From Deltaproteobacteria bacterium (GTDB lineage: Bacteria > Myxococcota_A > Polyangia > Fen-1088), in contig JANRKS010000002.1 of NCBI GenBank assembly GCA_033763315.1, forward strand, positions 416,001 to 480,000: a DNA stretch of 64,000 nucleotides, read 5' to 3'. Shown here in pieces: positions 35,585 to 44,303 of the stretch. The notes beneath the pieces are model-generated. The model made no database searches. It saw only the letters and a program-made list of their open reading frames with translations, and was not told the DNA's origin. A program made the position numbers and the translations under genes. The stretch's first letter is position 1. Every line of letters starts with the position of its first letter.

Positions 35585-37438
35585 TTACTCTGGCAAGGCA
35601 ATGCCGTTGCGTTCGCACAGCGTGCGCACCATCTGGCGGTTCTTGTCGTCGAGTTTGTCGTAAGCCTTCGCGGCCGCGGCTTGGTCGCGCAACGAGCACG
35701 AACACACGGCAATGATTTGATACGCCCGCGCCATGCCCGGTCGCAAGCGCAAGGCTTTCTTCGACGCAACGATCGCCGCGGCAAACTGCCCATGCAACCA
35801 CGCGTCCTGCGCGTCCTTGATGAACTGATCTGGATCGCCTGCGGCTGCGGGTTCTTCTTCTTCCTTGGGTTCGGCCTTGGGCCGGGCCACCGGGGCAGGT
35901 GCTTCCGCAGCGGCGGGTTTAGGGGCGCGTTTTGGTGCCACGGCGGCCACCACCGGCTCTTGTGCGGGAGCCGCTTTGCAGTCAGCGATAAGCGCCGTGG
36001 GCGCGGCTGCGCCCGGAACTTGTTTCAAGATGCGCTCCGCCTCTTTACGGGCTTCTTCGCAGCGGCCCGCCGTCTTGTGCGCGGTGGCCACTTTCATGCG
36101 CGTCTCCACGAAAGTGTTCTGCACCTTGGTTAACAGCTCCGCCGCCTGCGGGGCGTAGCGGCTGTCAGCGGGAATGGCGGCTGCCAGCTTCTTCGACGGC
36201 TCAAGGCGGCCTGCCTCGGCTTCCACTTGCAGCCTCCCCAGCGTCGCCTCAACGCTGCGATCAACGGCCACCTGCCGGCGTAGTGCCTTGCCCTCGGTAC
36301 CGTTCGCAAGTTCTGGCGGCAGCTGATCGAGCGCAGCGATCGCCTGATCCCATTTGCCTTGGTCAACGAGCGCCTTGACTGGATCAATCGAGGGGCCCGG
36401 GGCCGGAGGCGCCGGGGGTTCTGGCGCCGCAGCCACCGGGGGCGTGGCTGGGGCAGGTGGTGGCGTGGGCACGGGCTCCGCTGGTGGCGGTGTGGCCGTG
36501 TTGGTTGCCACGGCCTCTGGGGCTGTCGTTTTTTTGCTGCCACCCGCGAAGGCAAAGACGAGCACAAGCACGAGCGCGGCGGCCACCGCGCCACCGATAA
36601 TTAGAGGTTTCTTAGATCCACGCAGGCTCGCGAGGCCCGCCGCACCCAAAACGTCGTCACCAACCAAATACTTCAGACGCACGTGACCAAGTTCGATCAC
36701 GTCGCCCGAATCAAGCACCATGCGCTCTTGTTGGGTGCCGTTGACCCGCACACCATTGGCGCTTTCCAGATCAACCACCACATACTTTTCACCGTCGCGG
36801 ATCACCTTGGCATGGTGACGAGAGATGGATTTGTGGTTGAGGATGATGTCGTTCTCAGCCGTGCGGCCGATGACCAGCGACGCGCGATCCAAAACGAATT
36901 CGGCGCCCGCCAGTTGCGTTGAAACCACCACCAAACGGCTGGTGGCCAGCTGGGGCCCGCCACTGAGCAGGCCCTGATCAGCCAACGTGCGCACGGGGAT
37001 CGTTGGAGCCCCTTCGATCACGTCGCTTGGAGCGGCGGACGACGACGACACGGGCGCTGAAGGTGCAGGCGCCATCGGTTGCGGCGCCGTGGGTGGTGGT
37101 TCGCTGGCCACGCGGGGCCGTGCGGAACCGTATCCCAAGGTTTTCGCTTCGTCGGCTTTGAGACCCAGCTTGTAGTCGCCGATCAAGATCTGATCGCCGT
37201 CTTTCAGGCCAGTCTTGGCGCCGATGAGCGTGCCATTGACCTTGATGCCGTTGTAGCTCGAAAGGTCTTCGACAAACAACACGCCGCCCTCTTTGATGAA
37301 GCGGGCGTGGCGACGGGAAATGTTCTGCTCAGTCAGGCGGACAGTGTTGCCCTCCTGTCGGCCGACAGTGATCTCGTCTCGTATAAGTGGAACGACGACG
37401 GTTTTTCCTTCGTCGTCCTCGATGATAAGTTTGTGCAT
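35585..37438 (-). CDS. Double-FHA membrane protein with periplasmic Pro-rich/TPR region
   Basis: Two FHA domains (VGRQEGN..ISRRHA..SYNG; IGRTAEND..ISRHHA..SANG), TM helix, Pro-rich linkers, C-terminal TPR-like Cys domain. Confidence 0.88.
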   Translation of the reverse strand: MHKLIIEDDEGKTVVVPLIRDEITVGRQEGNTVRLTEQNISRRHARFIKEGGVLFVEDLSSYNGIKVNGTLIGAKTGLKDGDQILIGDYKLGLKADEAKTLGYGSARPRVASEPPPTAPQPMAPAPSAPVSSSSAAPSDVIEGAPTIPVRTLADQGLLSGGPQLATSRLVVVSTQLAGAEFVLDRASLVIGRTAENDIILNHKSISRHHAKVIRDGEKYVVVDLESANGVRVNGTQQERMVLDSGDVIELGHVRLKYLVGDDVLGAAGLASLRGSKKPLIIGGAVAAALVLVLVFAFAGGSKKTTAPEAVATNTATPPPAEPVPTPPPAPATPPVAAAPEPPAPPAPGPSIDPVKALVDQGKWDQAIAALDQLPPELANGTEGKALRRQVAVDRSVEATLGRLQVEAEAGRLEPSKKLAAAIPADSRYAPQAAELLTKVQNTFVETRMKVATAHKTAGRCEEARKEAERILKQVPGAAAPTALIADCKAAPAQEPVVAAVAPKRAPKPAAAEAPAPVARPKAEPKEEEEPAAAGDPDQFIKDAQDAWLHGQFAAAIVASKKALRLRPGMARAYQIIAVCSCSLRDQAAAAKAYDKLDDKNRQMVRTLCERNGIALPE

Positions 37439-37533
37439 CGAACCCTTGTTGGAGCGCCGCTAGGGGGGTGTCGCCGACTTTAGCCGTGGCGTGAGCCGTT
37501 GGTCAAGCTGCGACCGCGCGGAAAGCCAAGCAA

Positions 37534-37797
37534 TTACCCCACCCTAAGAATCGCTGCCGCTATCACGATGGCCATCCCCAAAACGAACGCCGCCACGACG
37601 ATGGCAACCGCGAGGTTTTTGTTTTCCTGCAGCTCCTGCCGGTTGTTGTAAGGGGTGATGAGCTCCCAAATGTAATAACCGAACACAAGCAGGACCATGC
37701 CCAGCACGCCGAACAGCGACACATCCAACACAGCTCGCCACAATGGCGGAGGTGCGCCTGGTGTCGCGCTGAGCAGGCAGGACAAAGCCCCTGGCAT
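37534..37797 (-). CDS. DUF350 membrane protein
   Basis: Two TM helices with ITPY...EL.ENKNLAVAIV..A..LG.AIVIAAAI. Confidence 0.82.
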   Translation of the reverse strand: MPGALSCLLSATPGAPPPLWRAVLDVSLFGVLGMVLLVFGYYIWELITPYNNRQELQENKNLAVAIVVAAFVLGMAIVIAAAILRVG

Positions 37798-37815
37798 GGG
37801 CGGCAGAATACCGCG

Positions 37816-38757
37816 CTAGATGCTTTTTAGGTTGGGGTAGGACGCGAAAAGATCGTTTTGCGTCAAAGAGTCGGTGGGATCGGCCGGGGTCCAGATCACT
37901 TCAAGGCCCAAAAGCTCCTGCGGCCCCACCGCCCCTAAGGCCGTGATCACGCTTTCGACCTGGGTGTGATCCGTAACTTCTTTCCAGGTACCCACCGGCT
38001 GGCGCGTGGCTACGATGACGGTCACAACGATGAACTCCAGCACCTCGGCACTTTCGGGCAGCACTTCGGCCGCTTTGCGTACCGTGCCGTCGGCGCTGCG
38101 CACACGCTCCACGTCGAAGCGAGAACGTTCGGCCAAAGCAAGGCTGTTCGTCCGGCTTTCGCCCTGAGATAGGGGCAACGGCCCTTCCGACAAAACACCT
38201 GCGTACCGGATCGAGTCCTTTTCCCGCGTGAGCTCAAGCGCTGTCTGCGACAGCAGCGCGGCCAACCCGCTTTCAGAAGACGTGTCCCCCTCCTCGGCGA
38301 ATTTCGACAGGCGATCCTGAAGCCCGCGCGCCGAGCGGCCCAACGCCAATTGCAGCTTGTAGACGTAAGCGCGATCGGGGCGCACATCTTGATCGTAGTC
38401 ATCGTGACCGCCGTAGGCGCCTTGCATGCCACCGCTGCGCCGAGCGGCGTTGCGGAACGAGCGAAAAACATAAAAGCCCGCCAAACCCAGCATGCCCAGC
38501 ATCAATAAGCTGCCCATGCCGCCGAACCCGCCGATGCCATAGCCCCCCATGCCCCAGCCGAAACCAGGCATCACAATCACATTTGACCCGCCACCGTAGC
38601 TCGGCCGATAGCTGCCCGAAGGCGAGCGGGTGGGGGAGGAACGAAAGCCGCCGCGCCCGCTGAAGCTGCCTCCCGATCGGCGTGCGAACGCCTCAGTGGT
38701 TGTGGCCAGCAGCCACACAGCCAACAACGTTACACATGCCCAGCGTAAAAACCTCAT
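37816..38757 (-). CDS. DUF1517 (FLAP1/FlpA-like) protein
   Basis: ARRSGGSFSGRGGF Gly-rich start, TM, KLQLAL, L..LL.QTAL.L.R, EFIVVTVIVA, LEVIWTP..D.LT..DL..YP.L. Confidence 0.85.
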   Translation of the reverse strand: MRFLRWACVTLLAVWLLATTTEAFARRSGGSFSGRGGFRSSPTRSPSGSYRPSYGGGSNVIVMPGFGWGMGGYGIGGFGGMGSLLMLGMLGLAGFYVFRSFRNAARRSGGMQGAYGGHDDYDQDVRPDRAYVYKLQLALGRSARGLQDRLSKFAEEGDTSSESGLAALLSQTALELTREKDSIRYAGVLSEGPLPLSQGESRTNSLALAERSRFDVERVRSADGTVRKAAEVLPESAEVLEFIVVTVIVATRQPVGTWKEVTDHTQVESVITALGAVGPQELLGLEVIWTPADPTDSLTQNDLFASYPNLKSI

Positions 38758-38805
38758 AGCTGCAATCTAGCAAGGCGTGCTCGGCGGATCGATGTGAATA
38801 GGACG

Positions 38806-40119
38806 TTAGGAGCCCGTGGGACCGGCGATATCGGCCGTCCGTCCCAGCAAGACCGCTTGTGCCGCTGCCCGTTGGTTTGCAAGCGTGGCAAAGTAAGTGA
38901 GCAAATCGGGAACGCCGTCGATCAAACGCAGGAAATCGTCTTTGGGCAGGAATAAAGTTGTGGTTGGCGAGATCGCCGTGACCGTGGCGGACGTGGTGCC
39001 ACCGCCCAGCAGGGCCATCTCACCGAAAACGTCGCCTCGCCCTAAACGCGCAAGCGGCACGGGTCCGTTAGGCCCTTGCGAGGAAACCTCGACTTGCCCA
39101 ACCAGCACCACGAACAGACCTTGGCCGGCGGTGCCCTCGGTCAGGATCGGAGCCCCCACGTTGTATTCCACGCCTTGAAAGAGGCCCAACAACTGCGCCC
39201 TTTGCTCAACGGTAAAAGGTGCAAAAAGCGCCGAGGTGCTCAGCAGATTTTTAAGCAGTCGCTCACGCGCGAAACGATCCAGCGCTTGCGCTACGCCAGG
39301 CTCGGCTTGGGCCAGCGTGGCCAATACGTGGCTTGGTACGATGATGGCTTCAACATCGCTTGCCGCCACCACGGAGGCCGATCGCGGCTCGGCAGAGACG
39401 ACGGCCATTTCGCCCAACAAAGCCCCTTCTTGAAGCCGGGCGATCTCATGCGGTTGCCCTTCGGCGTCGGTTGTAAACACCACCACGTCTCCGGAGGCCA
39501 CATAAAACAAGCTGTCGCCGGGCTCGCCCTGGGTCATCAATAATTCCGATGGTGCGAAGGTGCGGCGTTGAGCTTCGGCGAGCACGGCCGCCAACGCTGG
39601 CGCTGCAAGCTCTGACAACAGCGGCAGGGGGGCCACGAACGGCGCGGGGGGCGGCAGCGCGGCGAAGTCACACGCCATCGCGAACCCTGTTTGCGCGGCC
39701 TCATCCAACGACTCTGGCAAGGGCAGCACGGGAATCGGGGTCATGGGATCAAGCGCGGGTGGTCGGGTGACCACTTTGGCCAAGAAACCAGAAGTGCAGG
39801 CATAGCGTTCTGCCAACGCCAACAGGCGCGGGCGCGTGTCCTCCCCTGCAGCCTGCAACATCTTGAGAGCGGACAGGGCGCGCAGGGGCAAGCCGGCGGC
39901 CGTCAGATGATCGGCCAAGGCGGCCAGCAGGTGGATCGCGTGGGCCTTATGTCCAGCCTGGGCGTAGATGGCGGCCATGGCAAACCGCGGCGCCAAAGCG
40001 GCTGGCGCGGCGGTCAAAATATCGATGCACGTGGCGAGCGCAGGGGCGAATTGGCCGGCGCGGACGTGTTGGCCGAGGACTTCTTTGGCTTCTCCCAATC
40101 GACGCGTCATGGGCTGCAA
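38806..40119 (-). CDS. Protein with two cyclic-nucleotide-binding domains and N-terminal TPR-like region
   Basis: QGEPGDSLFYVASG..LGEMAV..PRSASV and EGTAGQGLFVVLVG..FGEMAL..TTSATV. Confidence 0.88.
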   Translation of the reverse strand: MQPMTRRLGEAKEVLGQHVRAGQFAPALATCIDILTAAPAALAPRFAMAAIYAQAGHKAHAIHLLAALADHLTAAGLPLRALSALKMLQAAGEDTRPRLLALAERYACTSGFLAKVVTRPPALDPMTPIPVLPLPESLDEAAQTGFAMACDFAALPPPAPFVAPLPLLSELAAPALAAVLAEAQRRTFAPSELLMTQGEPGDSLFYVASGDVVVFTTDAEGQPHEIARLQEGALLGEMAVVSAEPRSASVVAASDVEAIIVPSHVLATLAQAEPGVAQALDRFARERLLKNLLSTSALFAPFTVEQRAQLLGLFQGVEYNVGAPILTEGTAGQGLFVVLVGQVEVSSQGPNGPVPLARLGRGDVFGEMALLGGGTTSATVTAISPTTTLFLPKDDFLRLIDGVPDLLTYFATLANQRAAAQAVLLGRTADIAGPTGS

Positions 40120-40245
40120 GGGTATCTCAAGCCGCCTGTTTTCGGGTCAAGATGCTCTAGAGGTTGAAAAACACGTCACTTTTCCTCACAGGTTGCGCGA
40201 CTTGGCTTGTGCGAGGGGGGCGCCAATTGGTAAAACAAGCGGTTC

Positions 40246-40833
40246 ATGGACAAAGAATCGGAGCGCGCATTCGTGGAGGCGTTTACCTCAGCGCTGGTCT
40301 CCTTGCCGTTTGATATGAAGGTTTTGGTCGAGGCGGTGGTGGACCCCGATCTGTCAAGTGCGTCGCGGGAGATTGCCGCGGCCACGCTCATTCACATGTT
40401 CAATCCTAAGGATGGTCATGTGGAGGCATACCTGCGCCACGCGGAGGACGTGGTGTTTGTACGTTTGGCGTTGAAGAAGATTGTCGAGGAAGGCACAGAG
40501 GCTTCACGCGATTTTCAAAGCCATTGGTCTGAATCATTCGAGAAGCTGGACGCCGAGCTTGCCAGTTACCGCAAAGCCTTTGGTGATGCGCTGATTGATT
40601 GGATGGATGGCCGCTGGGCTCATCTGCGCAAGGGCGTTTACTCGAAGAAGCCTGCGTCTGCCTTCGTAAAGGACGAAGAGTTGGCGCAAACGCTTTACGA
40701 CCATGCCAGCGATTTTTCCACTGACTATCCTGTCACGGAGCGCTCTGTGGCTGGTCGGGTACGTCAGCTTTCAAGCTTTGTTGAGCATCTGCAGCGCAAG
40801 CGGGATCAAGACAAGCTGATGATTCACAAGTAG
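40246..40833 (+). CDS. Hypothetical protein (distant DUF1232/YkvA-like)
   Basis: 195 aa helical ORF with typical codon usage; SLPFDMKVL..AA..L.H...P.D....L...ED pattern. Confidence 0.65.
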   Translation: MDKESERAFVEAFTSALVSLPFDMKVLVEAVVDPDLSSASREIAAATLIHMFNPKDGHVEAYLRHAEDVVFVRLALKKIVEEGTEASRDFQSHWSESFEKLDAELASYRKAFGDALIDWMDGRWAHLRKGVYSKKPASAFVKDEELAQTLYDHASDFSTDYPVTERSVAGRVRQLSSFVEHLQRKRDQDKLMIHK

Positions 40834-40946
40834 GCGCGCTTTTCGACGCGTGTGCGTGCCCGCGCGTGCCATGTGCTGCCTTTCCGGTGCGGCGCCTGGC
40901 CGCGTGTGCTATCTCGTGCCACCCTTTTTCAGCACCGCTGCATTTC

Positions 40947-41945
40947 ATGTCTGACGCGCTTGCCACCAATCGTCCCTTCGGCACCGAGCCGGAAGATCTG
41001 CTTCGTATGGCTTGCCAAGTGGCCGAGACGGGCGCCGCTGTGCCCGACGAAGTCACAGAGGCTGCGCGTGGGCTATCGTCGGGGTTGGTACAAACGGCCC
41101 CCGCTCGCCTGCGAGGCGCGGTGCAATCGTTGCTGATGTCGCAGCATCCGGGCTTGGGGTTGCAGTGTTTGCACCGCACGGGCGCGCTCGACATCGTGCT
41201 GCCCGAGTTGGCGGCCACCGTGGATTTTTCACAAGAAGCGGGCCGGCGCCACAAGGACGTGTGGGAGCACACCAAGCAAGTGGTGCTGCAAAGCGCGGCC
41301 GATCCCATCGTGCGTTGGTCGGCTTTGTTGCACGACATCGGCAAGGTGCCGACGCGCGTGATGCACGCGAACGGCAAGGTTACGTTTCATCGCCATGCTG
41401 AAGTGGGCGCGAAGATGTTTGATAAAGTGTCGCGCCGTTTCGATTTCGAGCGTGGCGCGCGCGGGGACATCCGCTTTTTGATCTACAACCACCTGCGCGC
41501 CAACGCGTACAGCCCTGGCTGGACCGACGCAGCTGTGCGTCGCTTCGACAAAGAGATGGGCAACCGCTTGCAATGGTTGGTGCAACTGTCGCTGGCCGAT
41601 GTCACCTCGCGCCGCCCGGGCCGCAAACAAGAGGCCGCTTTCAATGTCGAGCAGCTGATGAGCCGCATCCTGCAGATCCGCGAGCTCGATGCGCAGATCC
41701 CGCCGCTGCCACCCGGGCTTGGCAACGCCATCATGGAGGCTTTCAAATTGCCGCCGTCGCGTCAAATCGGCGAGCTGCGCGCATTGTGCGAAAAAGCCGT
41801 TGAAGATGGCGTTCTAGAAGAGCGCCGCGATGCCGACTATTACGTGGCGTATCTCATCAGCCAAGGTTTTGCCGCGCCGCCGGTGAACGTGGCCTCCGAG
41901 AGCCCGTTCATGTGCGCACCCGATGAGCCGCACGGGCACGAGTAA
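40947..41945 (+). CDS. HD-domain protein resembling the C-terminal half of CCA-adding enzyme (no nucleotidyltransferase head)
   Basis: GL..L..TG.L..VLPEL, HKDVWEHT, LLHDIGK, TFHRHAEVGA, WTDAAVRRF, GNAIM..F.L.PS..IG. Confidence 0.85.
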   Translation: MSDALATNRPFGTEPEDLLRMACQVAETGAAVPDEVTEAARGLSSGLVQTAPARLRGAVQSLLMSQHPGLGLQCLHRTGALDIVLPELAATVDFSQEAGRRHKDVWEHTKQVVLQSAADPIVRWSALLHDIGKVPTRVMHANGKVTFHRHAEVGAKMFDKVSRRFDFERGARGDIRFLIYNHLRANAYSPGWTDAAVRRFDKEMGNRLQWLVQLSLADVTSRRPGRKQEAAFNVEQLMSRILQIRELDAQIPPLPPGLGNAIMEAFKLPPSRQIGELRALCEKAVEDGVLEERRDADYYVAYLISQGFAAPPVNVASESPFMCAPDEPHGHE

Positions 41946-41952
41946 GCGGTAC

Positions 41953-42105
41953 TCAGTCCCACTTATCCACGCCGCCTTCGAGCGGCTCATCTTTTTCGTA
42001 ATGCTTGCGGTTGCGGCGGTCCAACAGCACCGACCGCACCGTGCGGCCGACGTATAGCGTGGCGCCAACCAAACCGATGGCGAGAACTATGGCGATGGGC
42101 GACAT
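41953..42105 (-). CDS. 50-aa single-pass membrane micro-protein (below ORF-track cutoff)
   Basis: MSPIAIVLAIGLVGATLYVGRTVRSVLLDRRNRKHYEKDEPLEGGVDKWD*, translated by hand; fills an otherwise empty gap. Confidence 0.6.
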   Translation of the reverse strand: MSPIAIVLAIGLVGATLYVGRTVRSVLLDRRNRKHYEKDEPLEGGVDKWD

Positions 42106-42259
42106 GGACGAATCATACCGCGGCCGGCAGTGGCCGTAACCCCTATCGGCGACCTAGGGGCACGTTGGCGCGCTTTGGGGCGCGCTCAGATGCTTGCGGG
42201 TCCACGAAACACCCGATCGAGGCACCCATTACCTCTCCGTTGGCGGTCTGAGGTCGCAT

Positions 42260-42784
42260 CTACCAGCTGCGCAAGTAGATCGTTTTATCGCCCAAGTCGC
42301 GCACAACGTAGCCCATGACCTTGGCGATCTCGTTTAGATCAGGACGTGTGAGAAAATCGGCGAACGCCCGCCCCACGCCAGCCGGCGCACACGCTGCCGT
42401 GGCCGCGAAAAGTGTTTCAGGTGACCGCCCCAAGCGTTGGCTCGCGTCGTAAAGGGCGCCCATCACGGCAATGCCATCGCAGGGATCTTCGCAACCTTGC
42501 CACTGCAACGCCACAGCGGCCAAACCCCGCTCAAGGTGCGCGACGTCCTTCGTGGTCAGAGCCCACGACGCACACCGCTCGGCGAATGAGACGACCGTGT
42601 GGGCCGCATAAACCTCCATGTGTTTGGCGGCGGCTTCCCACGTGAGCGCATCGGCTTTGAGAGCGGTGAACGCAGACAACACTTCAAGGTCGCGAGCGCA
42701 GGGCAGGTCTTCATCAAAGCGATACCAATCGAATGCTTCTTCGGCCAAACGAGACAACAGAGGCACCCAAGGCTCCGCTTGCAT
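42260..42784 (-). CDS. Hypothetical all-alpha protein
   Basis: 174 aa from ATG 42784; FAER.A..A......L..GL.A.AL.....D..D......LYDA..RLG..P..LF pattern. Confidence 0.6.
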   Translation of the reverse strand: MQAEPWVPLLSRLAEEAFDWYRFDEDLPCARDLEVLSAFTALKADALTWEAAAKHMEVYAAHTVVSFAERCASWALTTKDVAHLERGLAAVALQWQGCEDPCDGIAVMGALYDASQRLGRSPETLFAATAACAPAGVGRAFADFLTRPDLNEIAKVMGYVVRDLGDKTIYLRSW

Positions 42785-42846
42785 TCCGCAATAGTGGAAC
42801 TTGCATGCCTGCGCGTCAACAGCGTGGCCGTTTCTTGGGGCACTCG

Positions 42847-44301
42847 TTATGGTGGAGCCCAGATGCCGTCCAGCGTGCCTTTCACCGATTCGCCAAAGGT
42901 GCCAGAGCCGCCCATGGCACGCAACACCGTGGTCCACAGGTCGTTCACGCCCCACACGTTTGATGACCGGGCGGCGTCCGAACCATCCCCGGGCGCACTC
43001 GGGAGCGTCAGACTCTGCCGGTGTTTAAAGCCTAGGTTTTTGCCTCCGCCCAACGCGAAGACCAGATCGTTCAGGCTGTGGTCCGCAGGGCTGTAATCAC
43101 GAAGAAGGCTGGCCCACACCACCAACGTGTCGTCGAGGATGCCGGCCGTTTTTAGATCAAGCAGAAAGTTTGCCCACTGGCCGCTGTAATAGGCGTCCAC
43201 AGCGGTCCACATGCCAGAGCCGCCTTCGCCGTGGCTAACCCAGTGGTGATCGTCCGCCTTGCCGGGGCCGCCATTGGGATTGAGCCCCCCGCCTTCAATC
43301 TGCCACAAGAACGTGCCTGCATTGATGACCCCGCAAGCAAAGCCCGCCACCATCAGCTTTCGCATGGCCTCACCGTGGGCCTCGAAAGCCAACCGATCGT
43401 ATGCCCCTTCGTTGGCGCCATTCATCGGTTTGGGAACAAACGACCCCGCCTTCATCGCGGCGGTTGAGTCACACGAAGGCGTAACCACGCCGGTGCCGCC
43501 TTTGTCTATCAATGCCTTTACTTTGGTTTCAGCCTCTCGCACCGATTCAAGATGCAGATCGAGGCGCTCTTTATCTCCCGCGTTTGTCAAACGATTCCGA
43601 AACAGCGTGAGATCCTCGTTTACGAAATCCAGCAAACTCCGATCTTGCTCCAAGATGGCTTTGCCTTCGTTGGCGGCGCCACCCGCGGGCATCATCGACC
43701 CAAACAGAGCCTCATAAACCTTTACGGGCTTGTCTTGGTTGCGGTTCGAGAAGGCGGCCTTGCGCCAGGACAGCAACTGGTGGTTGCCCATCGAGTTGAT
43801 CAGGGTGTCGGTGTAGACCTTTACGTTCAAGGGTGGTTTGCCCGCCATGTCCGCAACCACTTGATCGATCGAGGGGCCCGCGGCGTTGTCATGCCGTGAT
43901 GATTTGATGCCCGTTAACAGCATAGGCAGGTAATCGTGAAAGCCGGTGCCGTTGCGGTTTTTCACGCTGAGGTTGCGAACAACGGACGTGTATTCCTTCA
44001 CGGATTCGGCCTTCGCCATGCCGGGACGGAATTTGAAGGCCGCGTCGTTGCCATCTGATCCGAAGCTGGACGAATGGTGGCCATTCGGTGTGTACATCAC
44101 CAAAAAACGCCGATCTTTCGGCGCCGTGGCGGCGTTCGCTTCGCGTGATCGCGACAAAGGCCCCAACAAACACGCGCCAGCACCCAGTCCCAGCAACAGA
44201 TCGCGCCGTCGCCATGGTTTTGCGGGCCCCGGGGTGAACAAGCCGCCTTTGAACGGATTCGGATCGACCGGTGACTTGGTGGCTTTCTTCGTTCCGCGCA
44301 T
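42847..44301 (-). CDS. DUF1552 (HXXSHH) family protein, Tat-type signal
   Basis: WRRRDLLLGLG Tat motif; RFLVMYTPNG, GPSIDQ, D..RLD.HLES.RE.E, HHWVSH, LDDTLVVW. Confidence 0.88.
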   Translation of the reverse strand: MRGTKKATKSPVDPNPFKGGLFTPGPAKPWRRRDLLLGLGAGACLLGPLSRSREANAATAPKDRRFLVMYTPNGHHSSSFGSDGNDAAFKFRPGMAKAESVKEYTSVVRNLSVKNRNGTGFHDYLPMLLTGIKSSRHDNAAGPSIDQVVADMAGKPPLNVKVYTDTLINSMGNHQLLSWRKAAFSNRNQDKPVKVYEALFGSMMPAGGAANEGKAILEQDRSLLDFVNEDLTLFRNRLTNAGDKERLDLHLESVREAETKVKALIDKGGTGVVTPSCDSTAAMKAGSFVPKPMNGANEGAYDRLAFEAHGEAMRKLMVAGFACGVINAGTFLWQIEGGGLNPNGGPGKADDHHWVSHGEGGSGMWTAVDAYYSGQWANFLLDLKTAGILDDTLVVWASLLRDYSPADHSLNDLVFALGGGKNLGFKHRQSLTLPSAPGDGSDAARSSNVWGVNDLWTTVLRAMGGSGTFGESVKGTLDGIWAPP

Positions 44302-44303
44302 GA

